Shown here: positions 1-9,795 of the stretch, one piece after another
Layout: every line of letters begins with the position of its first letter
How positions within the stretch are numbered: the stretch's first letter is position 1
Assembly: GCA_965228475.1 (NCBI GenBank)
Contig: OZ245817.1
Span: forward strand, 576,001-640,000
Length of the DNA: 64,000 nt
Source of the DNA: Myxococcota bacterium
Lineage (GTDB): Bacteria > Myxococcota_A > UBA9160 > JAFDDA01
Direction of reading: 5' to 3'
Made by a program: the position numbers and the translations under genes
Notes under the pieces: model-generated
What the model was told of the DNA's origin: nothing
The model's database searches: none
Seen by the model: only the letters and a program-made list of their open reading frames with translations

Positions 1-22
1 TCGGGCACCCAAAGGAACCGTC

Positions 23-1087
23 ATGCCCGAGGCCCTCGAGAACACCCATCTGGTCACCGTCGAACCCCTGACCCCGCCGGCGGAGGTCAAGCGTGCCCTG
101 CCGAGCTCGCCGGCCGTGCGCGAGCGGGTCGTGGCGGCGCGCGCCGCCATCCGCGACGTCCTGCACGGCCGAGACTCCCGCCGCCTGGTGGCCGTGGTCG
201 GGCCGTGCTCGATCCACGATCACGACGCCGCGCTCGAGTACGCCGCCCGCCTGCGGGCCGTGGCGGAGCGCACCGAGGACGCCCTCGTCGTCGTGATGCG
301 GACCTACTTCGAGAAGCCGCGCACGACGATCGGCTGGAAGGGGCTGCTCAACGATCCGCGCCTCGACGGGAGCTGCGACGTCGCCGCCGGGATCGAGGAG
401 GCGCGCCGCATCCTGCTCGACGTGAACGCCGCGGGCGTCCCCTGCGCGACCGAGGCCCTCGACCCGGTGACGCCCGACTACCTGGCGGACCTGCTCGCCT
501 GGACGTCCATCGGCGCGCGCACGGTCGAGAGCCAGACCCACCGCCAGATGGCGAGCGGGCTCTCCATGCCCGTGGGGTTCAAGAACGGGACCGACGGCCA
601 CGTCGATGCGGCGGCGAACGCCATGGTCGCCGCCGCGGAGCCGCACAGTTTCCTCGGCATCTGCCCCGACGGCCGGAGTGCCATCGTGAAGACCGCGGGG
701 AACCCGGATCGCCACGTGATCCTGCGCGGGGGCAAGAGCGGCCCGAACCACGGGCCGGACTCCGTCGCCGAGGCCCTCGCCGCCGTCGGCGACCAGGGCA
801 TCGCGCGCCCGGTCATGATCGATTGCTCCCACGGAAACTCCCGGAAGGACCCTGCGCGTCAGCCCGAGGTCTGCCGCGAGGTCCTGGCCCAGGTCCGGGC
901 GGGCGAGACCGGCATCGCGGGTGTGATGATCGAGAGCAACCTCGTGGCGGGCGCGCAGACCTGGAAGCCCGGCGTCGCGCTCGCCCACGGCGTCTCCATC
1001 ACCGATGCGTGCCTCGGCTGGGGCGACACGGAGCGGCTCCTCGACGAGATCGCGGAGACGGTGCGCGCCGGAGCCGCGGCGGCCTAG
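23..1087 (+). CDS. aroF: 3-deoxy-7-phosphoheptulonate (DAHP) synthase, class I-alpha
   Basis: Motifs GPCSIHD, RTYFEKPRTTIGWKG, IGART-ESQTHR, GFKNGT, DCSHGNS, SITDAC; SD AAGGA upstream. Isozyme (aroF/G/H) is uncertain. Confidence 0.93.
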   Translation: MPEALENTHLVTVEPLTPPAEVKRALPSSPAVRERVVAARAAIRDVLHGRDSRRLVAVVGPCSIHDHDAALEYAARLRAVAERTEDALVVVMRTYFEKPRTTIGWKGLLNDPRLDGSCDVAAGIEEARRILLDVNAAGVPCATEALDPVTPDYLADLLAWTSIGARTVESQTHRQMASGLSMPVGFKNGTDGHVDAAANAMVAAAEPHSFLGICPDGRSAIVKTAGNPDRHVILRGGKSGPNHGPDSVAEALAAVGDQGIARPVMIDCSHGNSRKDPARQPEVCREVLAQVRAGETGIAGVMIESNLVAGAQTWKPGVALAHGVSITDACLGWGDTERLLDEIAETVRAGAAAA

Positions 1088-1098
1088 GGCGGGAGCCG

Positions 1099-1890
1099 CT
1101 AGCGCGCGGTCCAGCCGCCGTCGACGGGGAGCACGATGCCCGTGACGTAGCTGCTCGCGGGCGACGCCAGGAAGAGCAGCGCCGGGCCGAGCTCCGCGGG
1201 CCGGCCGAAGCGTCGCAGGGGAATGTTCGCGAGGAGCTTGTCCGCCACCTTCGGGTCGTCGACGGCGCCTTCCGTCATCTCCGTCGGGAAATAGCCGGGG
1301 GCGAGGGCGTTGGCCGTGATGCCGTCGCGCGCCCACTCGACGGCCTGGCTGCGGGCGAGCCCGACCACCGCGTGCTTCGCGACGGCGTAGGCGCCGAGAC
1401 CGCTCACCACCGGCGCGCCGAGCCCATAGATCGAGGCGACGTGGACGACGCGGCCGGCGTCCGAGGCCGCGAGCTGGGGGTAGAGGGCCTTCGAGAGCCG
1501 CCACTGGGCGTGCAGGTTCAGCTCGAGATCCCGGTGGAAGTCCTCCGCCGCCATGCGCTCGATCCGCGCGATGCTCGAAGTGGCGGCGTTGGCGACGAGG
1601 ACGTCGCAGCCGCCGAGGCGCTCCCGCGCGGCGTCGGCGAGGGCGTCGACCTCGTCGCCGACCGAGAGGTCCGCTGCGTGGGCGAGAACCCCGCCGGCTG
1701 CGCTCTCGCTCGCCACCTCGTCGGCGAGGGCCTCGAGCCGCTCGCGTCGGCGGGCCACCGCGAGCACTTCGAAGCCCGCGCGGGCCAGCACCCGGGTCAT
1801 CTCGGCACCGAGCCCGGAGGAGGCGCCGGTCACCAGGGCGCGGCGGCCCTTGCCGCCGAAGGTGGATGCCAGGAAGTCGCGCGCGCTCAT
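1099..1890 (-). CDS. short-chain dehydrogenase/reductase (SDR)
   Basis: TGASSGLG, YAVAK (YxxxK), NALAPGYF, VDGG. Confidence 0.92.
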   Translation of the reverse strand: MSARDFLASTFGGKGRRALVTGASSGLGAEMTRVLARAGFEVLAVARRRERLEALADEVASESAAGGVLAHAADLSVGDEVDALADAARERLGGCDVLVANAATSSIARIERMAAEDFHRDLELNLHAQWRLSKALYPQLAASDAGRVVHVASIYGLGAPVVSGLGAYAVAKHAVVGLARSQAVEWARDGITANALAPGYFPTEMTEGAVDDPKVADKLLANIPLRRFGRPAELGPALLFLASPASSYVTGIVLPVDGGWTAR

Positions 1891-1949
1891 CGCGCGACTC
1901 TAGCAGCAGCTAAACGGCGCGCCGCGTACGTCTGGCGCGCCGCGCAGGC

Positions 1950-2396
1950 CTAACAGCAGCCGAACGACTCGCTCTTGGCGGGCGCCGGCGGCGTCTCGGC
2001 CTGGGTGGGCTCGGGCGCCTCTTCGCCGAAGGTCTCGCTGTCTTCGAGCACGCGATACCACTCCCAGCGCACGCCGTCGGGCTCCTGGGCCCAGACCTTG
2101 TCGGCCTTGGCGTAGCAGCAGGTGGTCTCGCCCTCGACGAGGGTCTCGAGCCCGCCGTCCTTCAAACGCTCGGTCGCGGCGGTCACGTCGGCTCCGTCGA
2201 AGACCTCGACGCCGAGATGGTTCAGCCGCTCGGCGGCGCCGGGCTCCTCGAACAGGACCAGCTTGAGCGGCGGCGAGTCGACCGCGAAGTTCGCGTAGCC
2301 GGGCTTCCGCTTGTTCGGCGCGACCCCGAACATCTTCGAGTAGAAGGCGACGGACGCTTCGAGGTCGTTCACGTTCAGGGCCAGTTGGATCCGCAT
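1950..2396 (-). CDS. arsI: ArsI/CadI-family VOC metalloenzyme (organoarsenical C-As lyase-like)
   Basis: MRIQLALNV start, KPGYANF, LNHLGVEV, TTCCYA vicinal cysteines, WEWY; directly downstream of arsR. Confidence 0.85.
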   Translation of the reverse strand: MRIQLALNVNDLEASVAFYSKMFGVAPNKRKPGYANFAVDSPPLKLVLFEEPGAAERLNHLGVEVFDGADVTAATERLKDGGLETLVEGETTCCYAKADKVWAQEPDGVRWEWYRVLEDSETFGEEAPEPTQAETPPAPAKSESFGCC

Positions 2397-2431
2397 GGGT
2401 TCTCCTTGGTTCGGGGCGCTTCGTTCGGTTC

Positions 2432-2722
2432 TCAACAGGATCCGGCGCAGCAGTTCTCGCCGAGGTAGGCGACGAGCGCCGTCATGTTCTCGAAGTCCGG
2501 GGCGTAGTGGATCTGGCGTCCTTCGCGCTCGGCGCGGAGCAGCCCGGCGCCGCGCAGCTCCTTCAGGTGGAAGGAAAGGGTGGGGGCGGGGACGCCGAGC
2601 CGGTGGGCCACGTCGCCGGCCGGCAGGCCCTCGGGGCCGGCCTGGACGAGCAGCCGGAACACGTCGAGGCGGGTCTCGTGGGCGAGGGCCGAGAGGGCAG
2701 CGAGGACGGTCTGCTTTTCCAT
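2432..2722 (-). CDS. arsR: ArsR/SmtB-family repressor with C-terminal CCxxxC arsenic site
   Basis: ALAHETRLDVFRLLV, TLSFHLKEL HTH, ends ENCCAGSC; true start is the ATG at 2722 inside the longer track ORF. Confidence 0.9.
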   Translation of the reverse strand: MEKQTVLAALSALAHETRLDVFRLLVQAGPEGLPAGDVAHRLGVPAPTLSFHLKELRGAGLLRAEREGRQIHYAPDFENMTALVAYLGENCCAGSC

Positions 2723-2744
2723 ATTTCCAATATTATAGAAATAT
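2721..2744 (-). promoter_or_regulatory. AT-rich arsR promoter/operator
   Basis: Inverted repeat ATATTTC-N10-GAAATAT enclosing a perfect TATAAT on the minus strand (plus 2732-2737), 9 nt before the arsR ATG. Confidence 0.75.
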
Positions 2745-2798
2745 AGAATCGGCGCAACCGGCCACCGAGCGGGGAAATTCCCTTTCATTTTCAAGGGG

Positions 2799-3287
2799 TC
2801 AGAAGAACCAGGCGGCCGCGAAGATCCCGAGCATCGTGAAGGTGATGGCCAGCTTGGCCGCCATCCCGAGGGCGAATCCGACCCACGTCCCGAAGCCGAC
2901 CCGCCCGGCCTGGCCGAGATTCCGGCGGTAGGAGTACTCCCCGAGCACCGCGCCCGCGAAGGGGCCGAGCAGGATGCCCGGGAGCCCGAAGAACAGGCCG
3001 ACGACGGTTCCGAGCGCCGCGCCGAGCACCGCCTGCCGGCTCGCTCCGAAGCGTTTCGCGCCGAGCAGGCTCGCTCCGAACTCGGCCGCATAGGCCAGGG
3101 CCGTGAGCGCGGCGAGGATCGAGATCGTCGTGCCGCTGACGCGCGCGAAGTCGTCGGCCCAGGCGCCGACCACGAGGCCGGCGAACACGAATGCGGTGCC
3201 CGGGAGCGCCGGCACCAACATGCCGGCCAGGCCGACCGCGACCAGCAGGAACGCCAGCACCCAGGCGAGGGTCGCTTCGGGGCTCAC
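2799..3287 (-). CDS. DUF456-family membrane protein
   Basis: GMLVPALPG, GAKRFGASR, GPFAGAVLGE pattern; hydrophobic; GTGA overlap with the upstream kinase. Confidence 0.85.
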   Translation of the reverse strand: MSPEATLAWVLAFLLVAVGLAGMLVPALPGTAFVFAGLVVGAWADDFARVSGTTISILAALTALAYAAEFGASLLGAKRFGASRQAVLGAALGTVVGLFFGLPGILLGPFAGAVLGEYSYRRNLGQAGRVGFGTWVGFALGMAAKLAITFTMLGIFAAAWFF

Positions 3288-5050
3288 CTCGGTTCGCTCC
3301 GCTCGGTCCTCGCCCCGGTGCCCGGGTTCGGGGAGGCGACGGGCCAGGTCGTGATCATGTGCGTGCCGCCGTTCGGGCGGTTCTCGGCGCGCACCTCGCC
3401 GCCGAGCATCGAGACGATGCCGTAGACGATCGCGAGGCCGAGGCCCGTGCCCTGACCGACCGGCTTCGTGGTGAAGAACGGGTCGAAGATCCGCCCGCGG
3501 ACCGCTTCGTCGATGCCCGGTCCGTCGTCGAGGACTTCGATGCTGACACGGTCCGGTGCGCTGCGGTGGGCGCGCACCTCGACCGAGCCGGCCGGGCCCG
3601 CGGCGGCGCGGGCGTTGTCGACGAGGTTGAAGACGACGCGCTCGAGGGAGATCGGGTCCGCGAGGATCGGCGGGAGCTCCGGCGCCACGACGGTGCGCGC
3701 GGGCGCCTCGGCGTGGGCGTCGCGGCGGACCATCCGGGGCAGGAGCGAGGCGACGTCGAGGGGCTCGGGACGCGGCGGGTTGCGCCGTGCGAAGTCGAGA
3801 ACGTCCTTGGTCAGGGTCGCGCAGTAGTCGGCCGAGCCTTCGAGGTCGTCGAGGATCTCGGTCGCAGAGGGGTTGCCGGCGACGGCGTCGCGCAGGAGGG
3901 CCGTGTTCCCGAGCACCGACGTCAGCTGGTTGTTGAAGTCGTGGGCGACGCCGCCGGCGAAGCCCCCGAGCGTGTCGAGCCGGCGCGCGCGCTCGAGGCC
4001 TTCCTGGAGGCGGCGCTCCTCGGTGACGTCGATGAGCTGCCAGAGCTGGCCGAGCGGCCGGCCGGTCCCGGGCTCGAAGACCGGCCGGAGCGAGGAGAGC
4101 ACGCGCTTGCCGTCCCGAAAGCGAAGCTCGCGGCTTTCCGGGGAGGCGTAGCGGAAGGGCTCGTCGAGGGGAGTCGGATCCTCCAGCTGGCCGCGGAGGC
4201 TCTCGAGGACGCCCGCGAGGCGCACCGGTCCGGTGGCGGCCTCGAGGGGAAGGAGCTTCTCGAAGGCCTGGTTCGTCGCCCGCAGCCTTCCATCGGGCTG
4301 AACGAGTACGAGCCCGACGGGCACGGCATCGAGGACGGCCGCGAGGTCGGCCCGCTGCTGCTCGGCGTCCTGGGCCACGCGGCCGAGCAGCGAGACGACC
4401 TGCACGCCCCCGACCACGGAGCCGGTCACCAGCCAGAGGAAGAGCGCGAGCTGCTCGTCGAGACCGGCGACCTTCACGTAGGCGAATACCCAGCTCGTGG
4501 CGACGACGACCGCCAGGCTCGAGGCGAGAACGATCTGCCAGTTCCGGCGCCCCATTTCTGCGGGCCGCAGGATCTGCCAGATCCCGCCCATCGCGCCCAG
4601 GGTGATGCCCAGCGAGCCGGTGATCTGGATGGTGGGCTCACCGACGTAGGGCACGACGCCGGCCCGGACGATCGCGACGGCGGCGGCGGTCGGCGCGAGC
4701 CAGCGAGGCACGTCCCGGCCCGCGAAGACGCATGCGCCGCTGAAGAGCAGCGCTGCGAAGCAGGTTCCGAGGATCGGGTAGAGCGGGGCGAGGGCCGGGT
4801 TCTCGGCCGAGACCGAGTTGATGGCCCCGGACGCCCACAGGCAGCACCAGGCGGCGGCCCAGTGCCAGCCGCCGGCGCCCCAGCCGAGCCGGATGAGCGA
4901 AAGCGTGATGACCACCAGGAAGGCGGCGCCAGCCCCCAGGATGGGCGCGTTGCTCAAACCGGACTCCTCGGCTCCGTTCCGCCGGGAAGGTACACGTCGG
5001 AGCGTCTCACCCAAAGTGGTTAGGCGGCGGGAACCGTGTGGTCCATGCAT
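3284..5050 (-). CDS. membrane-bound sensor histidine kinase (multi-TM, PAS, HisKA, HATPase)
   Basis: GGVAHDFNNQLT H-box, NLVDNA, DDGPGI, IFDPFFTTK, GTGLGLA; start position uncertain. Confidence 0.88.
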   Translation of the reverse strand: MHGPHGSRRLTTLGETLRRVPSRRNGAEESGLSNAPILGAGAAFLVVITLSLIRLGWGAGGWHWAAAWCCLWASGAINSVSAENPALAPLYPILGTCFAALLFSGACVFAGRDVPRWLAPTAAAVAIVRAGVVPYVGEPTIQITGSLGITLGAMGGIWQILRPAEMGRRNWQIVLASSLAVVVATSWVFAYVKVAGLDEQLALFLWLVTGSVVGGVQVVSLLGRVAQDAEQQRADLAAVLDAVPVGLVLVQPDGRLRATNQAFEKLLPLEAATGPVRLAGVLESLRGQLEDPTPLDEPFRYASPESRELRFRDGKRVLSSLRPVFEPGTGRPLGQLWQLIDVTEERRLQEGLERARRLDTLGGFAGGVAHDFNNQLTSVLGNTALLRDAVAGNPSATEILDDLEGSADYCATLTKDVLDFARRNPPRPEPLDVASLLPRMVRRDAHAEAPARTVVAPELPPILADPISLERVVFNLVDNARAAAGPAGSVEVRAHRSAPDRVSIEVLDDGPGIDEAVRGRIFDPFFTTKPVGQGTGLGLAIVYGIVSMLGGEVRAENRPNGGTHMITTWPVASPNPGTGARTERSEPR

Positions 5051-5120
5051 TCGACGCGCTGCGGCGCGCCGGGCCCGCCGGCGCCTTGGGGCCGGGCGCG
5101 TTCTGGGCGATTCTTCCGCC

Positions 5121-5399
5121 ATGCAGTTCCAAGTGATCTACTGCCGGCCCTGCGGATACGCGGGCAAGGCCGAGGCGCTCGCGGAGGAGCTTCGCGAACG
5201 CTTCGGTGCGAGCGTCGAGGTCGAGGAAGGCAAGTTCGGTCAGTTCGACGTGCTGCTCGACGGACGCGTCATCGCCAGCCGGGGAGAGAGCGTCTGGCGG
5301 CGCTGGTTCACGCACGGTGCGCCGGAGGACGCGGAGATCTTCGAGGCGGTCGAGCGCCACGCGGCGGTCCAGGACGGCGAAGCCTGCGAGATCCCATGA
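5121..5399 (+). CDS. Rdx (SelT/SelW/SelH)-family small redox protein, Cys form
   Basis: MQFQVIYCRPCGY...GQFDVLLDGRVI; CxxC at the Rdx CxxU/C site; hidden in track ORF 4818..5399. Confidence 0.8.
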   Translation: MQFQVIYCRPCGYAGKAEALAEELRERFGASVEVEEGKFGQFDVLLDGRVIASRGESVWRRWFTHGAPEDAEIFEAVERHAAVQDGEACEIP

Positions 5400-5501
5400 C
5401 CCGCCGCCCTTGATGACCGGGGGCGCGCCGCGCGCTTTTTCGAGCGCGCTGGGCGAACGCATGGGATAGGTTCGCCCTCCGGGTTTCGAGGAAGGCGGCG
5501 G

Positions 5502-7784
5502 ATGTCCAAGCGTGGGGCTCGTGGGTTGCTTTGGTTGGCGCTTCTGTGCGCCGTGCCCGTCCCCATCCTGATCGCCGGGACCGGCTGGGTCCCGGTCCTG
5601 CGGCTTCTCATGATCTCGGCGCTGACCGTCGCCGTGATGTTGATCGAGAGCACGAAGGGCGCCGTCCCCCTGATGCTCCTCGTCTTCGGGCTCCAGGCAC
5701 TCGTGTTCGGGCTCGGTCTCTGGCTGCTGGCGTGGCTCGTGACGCGGGTTCTACCGGCGCGTCTCTGCGTCGGCCTCGCCGTCGTGGTGGCGCTCGGCGG
5801 AGCCGTCGCGTGGTTCGGCGGCTTCTACGCCGACCCGTATCGCGCCCTGCCCGCGAGCGCGGTCAACTTCACCGATCACGCGAAGGAGCCGCGGGCGCCC
5901 TACGACCCGACGTACCGCTACACCGAGCCGGCCCCGGAACCGGCGCTGCCCTTCGAGCGGACCGAGACGCGCGAGCCCTGCGACGAGTACGACGTGCATC
6001 GCCGCCCGTTCTGGGGCGACACCCACATCCACACCGCTTTCTCCTTCGACGCCTGGGGGCAGGGCACGCGCAACCGCCCGCGCGAGGCGTACCGCTTCGC
6101 CCGCGGCGGGAAGGTCGGCCTTCAGCCCTTCGCGGAGGACGGGCGGCCGCTGCGCAGCGCGCAGCTCGAGCGGCCCCTCGACTTCACCATGCTGAGCGAT
6201 CACTCCGAGATGCTCGGCGAGGTCCGCACCTGCCAGACCCCGGGGATGCCCGGCTACGACTCCTTCATCTGCCGGCTCGCGCGGCGCTGGCCCCTGCTCG
6301 GGTACGTCATCGTGAACAGCCAGAGCATGGATGAGGCGGATCCCGTCCGGTACAGCTTCTGCGGGCCCGGCGCGGACGACTGCCGCCGCGCGGCCCGGGC
6401 CGCCTGGCAGGAGATCCAGGACGCTGCCGAGGAAGCCTACGACCGAAGCGCCGCGTGCACCTTCACGAGCTTCGTCGGCTTCGAGTGGAGCGGGAACCCG
6501 GACTCGAACATGATCCACCGGAACGTCCTGTTCCGGAACGAGGACGTGCCCCAGACGCTCTCGAACTACATCGACGATCGCACCCAGGAGAAGTTCTGGG
6601 CCTGGCTCGACGAAGCGTGCCTCGAGGCGGGCGGCCGCTGCGACGTGCTCGCCATCCCGCACAACTCGAACATCTCGAACGGCGCGCTCTTCCCGCTCGC
6701 GCTGCCCGACGGTTCGCCGCTCTCCGCCGAGCACGCCGAGCTGCGGGCGCGCCTGGAAGTCCTGCTCGAGGTGACCCAGCACAAGGGCGATTCCGAATGC
6801 CGCTCACCGGCTCTCGGCGGAAGCGACGAAGCCTGTGCGTTCGAGACGCTTCCCTTCGCGCGGATGCGCGAGCAGGCGACCCCCTGGGAGCAGACCCGTC
6901 CGCCCCACATGAGCTACGCCCGCGAGATCCTGGGCGAAGGCCTCGTGCAGCACGCGAGGCTCGGGAAGAACCCGTTCCCCCTCGGTCTGATCGGCGCGAC
7001 CGACACGCACCTCGGCACGCCGGGCCTCGTCTCCGAGCGGGATTTCCCCGGGCACGCCGCGGGCCTCGCGAGCTCGCGGCTCGAGGTTCCGCCGCTCGTC
7101 GACGACATCATCATGAACCCCGGCGGGCTCCAGGCCGTCTGGGCCGAAGAGAACTCCCGCGACGCGCTGTTCGCCGCGATGCGCCGGCGTGAGACCTACG
7201 GCACCACGGGCCCGCGCATGGTGGTGCGGACCTTCGGCGGGCTCGACCTCCCGCAGGACCTGTGCGAGCGCGGCGACTTCGCGGCGCGCGGCTACGCCCA
7301 CGGCGTGCCGATGGGCTCGGAGTTGCGCGGCGCGCGCGAAGAGGAAGGCTTCTCGCTCGCCGTCTTCGCCCAGCGGGACCCGGGCACCGAGCGCTCCCCG
7401 AGCACGGCCCTCCAGAGGGTCCAGGTCGTGAAGATCTGGGAGGACGGCGGCGAAGCCCACGAGGCGGTCTTCGACGTCGCGGGGGACGCGGCGAACGGCG
7501 CGAGCGTCGACCTCGACACCTGCGAACCGCGCGGCGAGGGCTTCGATCAGCTCTGCACGGTCTGGCAGGACCCGGCCTTCGACCGCGAGGCCCACGCGCT
7601 CTACTACGTCCGGGTGCTCGAGAACCCGAGCTGCCGGTGGAGCACCTGGGCCTGCAACGCGCACCGTGTCACCTGCGAGGAGGGGGAGGACCTCCCGGGT
7701 GAGCTCGCCGCGTGCTGCGACCCCGAGGTCCCGAAGACGATCCAGGAGCGCGCCTGGACCTCGCCGATCTGGTTCACGCCCTAG
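5502..7784 (+). CDS. DUF3604-domain protein (PHP-like metallohydrolase) with N-terminal TM segments
   Basis: WGDTHIHTAFSFDA, LDFTMLSDHSE, HRNV, IPHNSN, QHKGDSEC, TDTH, QERAWTSPIW. Confidence 0.87.
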   Translation: MSKRGARGLLWLALLCAVPVPILIAGTGWVPVLRLLMISALTVAVMLIESTKGAVPLMLLVFGLQALVFGLGLWLLAWLVTRVLPARLCVGLAVVVALGGAVAWFGGFYADPYRALPASAVNFTDHAKEPRAPYDPTYRYTEPAPEPALPFERTETREPCDEYDVHRRPFWGDTHIHTAFSFDAWGQGTRNRPREAYRFARGGKVGLQPFAEDGRPLRSAQLERPLDFTMLSDHSEMLGEVRTCQTPGMPGYDSFICRLARRWPLLGYVIVNSQSMDEADPVRYSFCGPGADDCRRAARAAWQEIQDAAEEAYDRSAACTFTSFVGFEWSGNPDSNMIHRNVLFRNEDVPQTLSNYIDDRTQEKFWAWLDEACLEAGGRCDVLAIPHNSNISNGALFPLALPDGSPLSAEHAELRARLEVLLEVTQHKGDSECRSPALGGSDEACAFETLPFARMREQATPWEQTRPPHMSYAREILGEGLVQHARLGKNPFPLGLIGATDTHLGTPGLVSERDFPGHAAGLASSRLEVPPLVDDIIMNPGGLQAVWAEENSRDALFAAMRRRETYGTTGPRMVVRTFGGLDLPQDLCERGDFAARGYAHGVPMGSELRGAREEEGFSLAVFAQRDPGTERSPSTALQRVQVVKIWEDGGEAHEAVFDVAGDAANGASVDLDTCEPRGEGFDQLCTVWQDPAFDREAHALYYVRVLENPSCRWSTWACNAHRVTCEEGEDLPGELAACCDPEVPKTIQERAWTSPIWFTP

Positions 7785-7870
7785 CCGCGCCGGCGCTTCC
7801 CGCGCCGTCGACGTTGAATCCGGCGCGCCGTTTGAGGTAGAACGGAGCGGGTTCCCGAGGAGCGAAGATC

Positions 7871-8674
7871 ATGGACGTGCTGGGGTATGCAGGCCGCAAG
7901 GTCGTCATCACGGGCGCCGCGTCGGGCATGGGCGCGGCGGCCGCGCGGATGCTCGTCGACCTCGGCGCCGAGGTCCACGCCCTCGACGTCGCCGCCGTCG
8001 AAGCGCCGGTGAAGCAATCCATCTCGGTCGACCTCGCGGACCCGGCTTCGATCGAGGCCGCCGCCGGGAAGCTTCCCGACCGCATCGACGTGCTCTTCCA
8101 CTGCGCCGGGGTCCCCGGGCCGCCGCGCTTCGATGCGGTCACCACGATGCTCGTGAACTTCATCGGGCTCCGACATCTGACGGAAGCGGTGGTCGACCGG
8201 GTGGCGGATGCCGGTGCCATCGCGAGCATCACCTCCGTGGCCGGCATGGGCTGGCAGAAGAACCTCGAGAACGTGAAGGCGCTGATGGAGGTCACGGACT
8301 TCGAGGCCGCCCGGGCCTGGTGTGCGGAGCGCCCGGACGTCGCGAACGGATACCTCTTCTCGAAGCAGTGCATCATCTACTACACGAAGGCGCTCGCGGT
8401 CCGGCTCCTGCCGAGGGAGGTCCGCGTGAACTGCATCTCGCCTTCGCCGACGGACACGGCGATGCTCCCGGACTTCCACGCCCAGGCCGGACAGGAGTTC
8501 ATCGACGAGCACTTCATGGCGCCGGTCGGCCGCAACGCGAGCCCCGAAGACATGGCGGGGCCGCTCGTCTTCCTCGGCAGCAAGCTGGCGGGGTTCATCT
8601 CCGGCCAGGATCTGACCGTCGACTACGGCTACAAGGCCTCGGTCGAAACGGGCGTGAAGGTCGGCCTGCTCTGA
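7871..8674 (+). CDS. SDR oxidoreductase (3-alpha-HSD / coniferyl-alcohol dehydrogenase-like)
   Basis: TGAASGMG, YLFSK, VNCISP, VDYG; SD GAGGAG. Confidence 0.88.
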   Translation: MDVLGYAGRKVVITGAASGMGAAAARMLVDLGAEVHALDVAAVEAPVKQSISVDLADPASIEAAAGKLPDRIDVLFHCAGVPGPPRFDAVTTMLVNFIGLRHLTEAVVDRVADAGAIASITSVAGMGWQKNLENVKALMEVTDFEAARAWCAERPDVANGYLFSKQCIIYYTKALAVRLLPREVRVNCISPSPTDTAMLPDFHAQAGQEFIDEHFMAPVGRNASPEDMAGPLVFLGSKLAGFISGQDLTVDYGYKASVETGVKVGLL

Positions 8675-8678
8675 GGCG

Positions 8679-9752
8679 CTAGGGCACGCTCGCGTTCACC
8701 CGCGCCGTGGCGGCCAGCAGATCGCCGATCTCCCAGTAGTCCACCGTGATGAAGTTCGGGATCTGGCCGTGGAAGTCGCCGCACAGCATCGCGCGGTCGC
8801 CGAGCTCCGGTTCCGGGTTCACGAGGGCCGCTGCGACGGGCGTGCCCGCCGTCGCGGTGATGAAGTGGTTCAGGATGAAGAGGTCCGCACCCGGCGTGCC
8901 GCGGTTGTCCGCGCAGCCGGCCTCCGAGAGCAGGAGATCCACGAGGAACTCCATCGGGTGGTCGAAGAGACTGAAGTCGTAGTCCGTCTCGAAGGCGAAG
9001 CTCCAGACGTAGTGATGCCAGGGCAGGCTCGCGCCGCCGTCGTCGGTCAGCACGACGAGGCGGCGGCCGGCGCGGATCATCTCGCGCAGGGTCGGCCAGG
9101 GCTGGCCCGGGGTCTGGGCGTGGGCGTAGTCGGCAAGCCCGCTCGCGGCGAAGGCCGCGGCCGTGTCCGCTTCCGAGATGTAGGACTCGAAGATGATCGA
9201 GACCACGGCGCCGGGGTTCGCATCGAGGAAGGTCCGGATCGTCGTGAGCCCGGCGACGAGGTCGATCTGGCCGAGGTACTGGCCCCCGAGCTTGCAGAAG
9301 GAGTGGCAGAGCCAGATGCCACCCTCGAAGTAGTGGGTGTCGAGCATCAGGCCCCGCACGCCGGCCTCGAGCTGCTCCGTCATGCCTTCGGTGTGGTTCG
9401 CCACGAGCGGGTCGAAGCCGTCGTCGAGGGCCGAGAAGGCGTTGTGTGTCGTGGCGTAGGCGACCGCGTCGAAGGGGCGGTCGCACAGCGCGGCGTCCCC
9501 GTTGCAGGCGAGGTCCGGCTGGTAGGAGGCCGTGAAGTCGCGGTCGGCCAGGTCGATGTCGCCGTCCTGGTCCTGGTCGGCGGGGAGGCAGGGCAGGCCG
9601 AGGGCCGGGTCGATGCCGAGGCAGGACTCGACGAAGGCGACGTCGGCGGCGTTCACGTGGCCGTCGAGGTTGGCGTCGCCCGGCTTCGGGCCGCAGCCGG
9701 GCGCGGTCGCGATGAGCAGCGGGAGTGCAAGAAGGAGAGGGAGCCGGCGCAT
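8679..9752 (-). CDS. lipoprotein with dockerin-like repeat and PI-PLC-like phosphodiesterase domain
   Basis: Signal peptide ending APG-C; GDANLDGHVNAADV and ADQDQDGDIDLAD; THNAFS, QLEAGVRGLMLDTH, LCHS, NFITVDY. Confidence 0.8.
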   Translation of the reverse strand: MRRLPLLLALPLLIATAPGCGPKPGDANLDGHVNAADVAFVESCLGIDPALGLPCLPADQDQDGDIDLADRDFTASYQPDLACNGDAALCDRPFDAVAYATTHNAFSALDDGFDPLVANHTEGMTEQLEAGVRGLMLDTHYFEGGIWLCHSFCKLGGQYLGQIDLVAGLTTIRTFLDANPGAVVSIIFESYISEADTAAAFAASGLADYAHAQTPGQPWPTLREMIRAGRRLVVLTDDGGASLPWHHYVWSFAFETDYDFSLFDHPMEFLVDLLLSEAGCADNRGTPGADLFILNHFITATAGTPVAAALVNPEPELGDRAMLCGDFHGQIPNFITVDYWEIGDLLAATARVNASVP

Positions 9753-9795
9753 CCGGGGATCATACCCGACTGGGCGCCTCGGCCGAAGCGCGCCT

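Noticed and set aside
5121..5399. Possible selenoprotein
   Set aside because: The redox motif is CxxC encoded by TGC codons, with no in-frame TGA.
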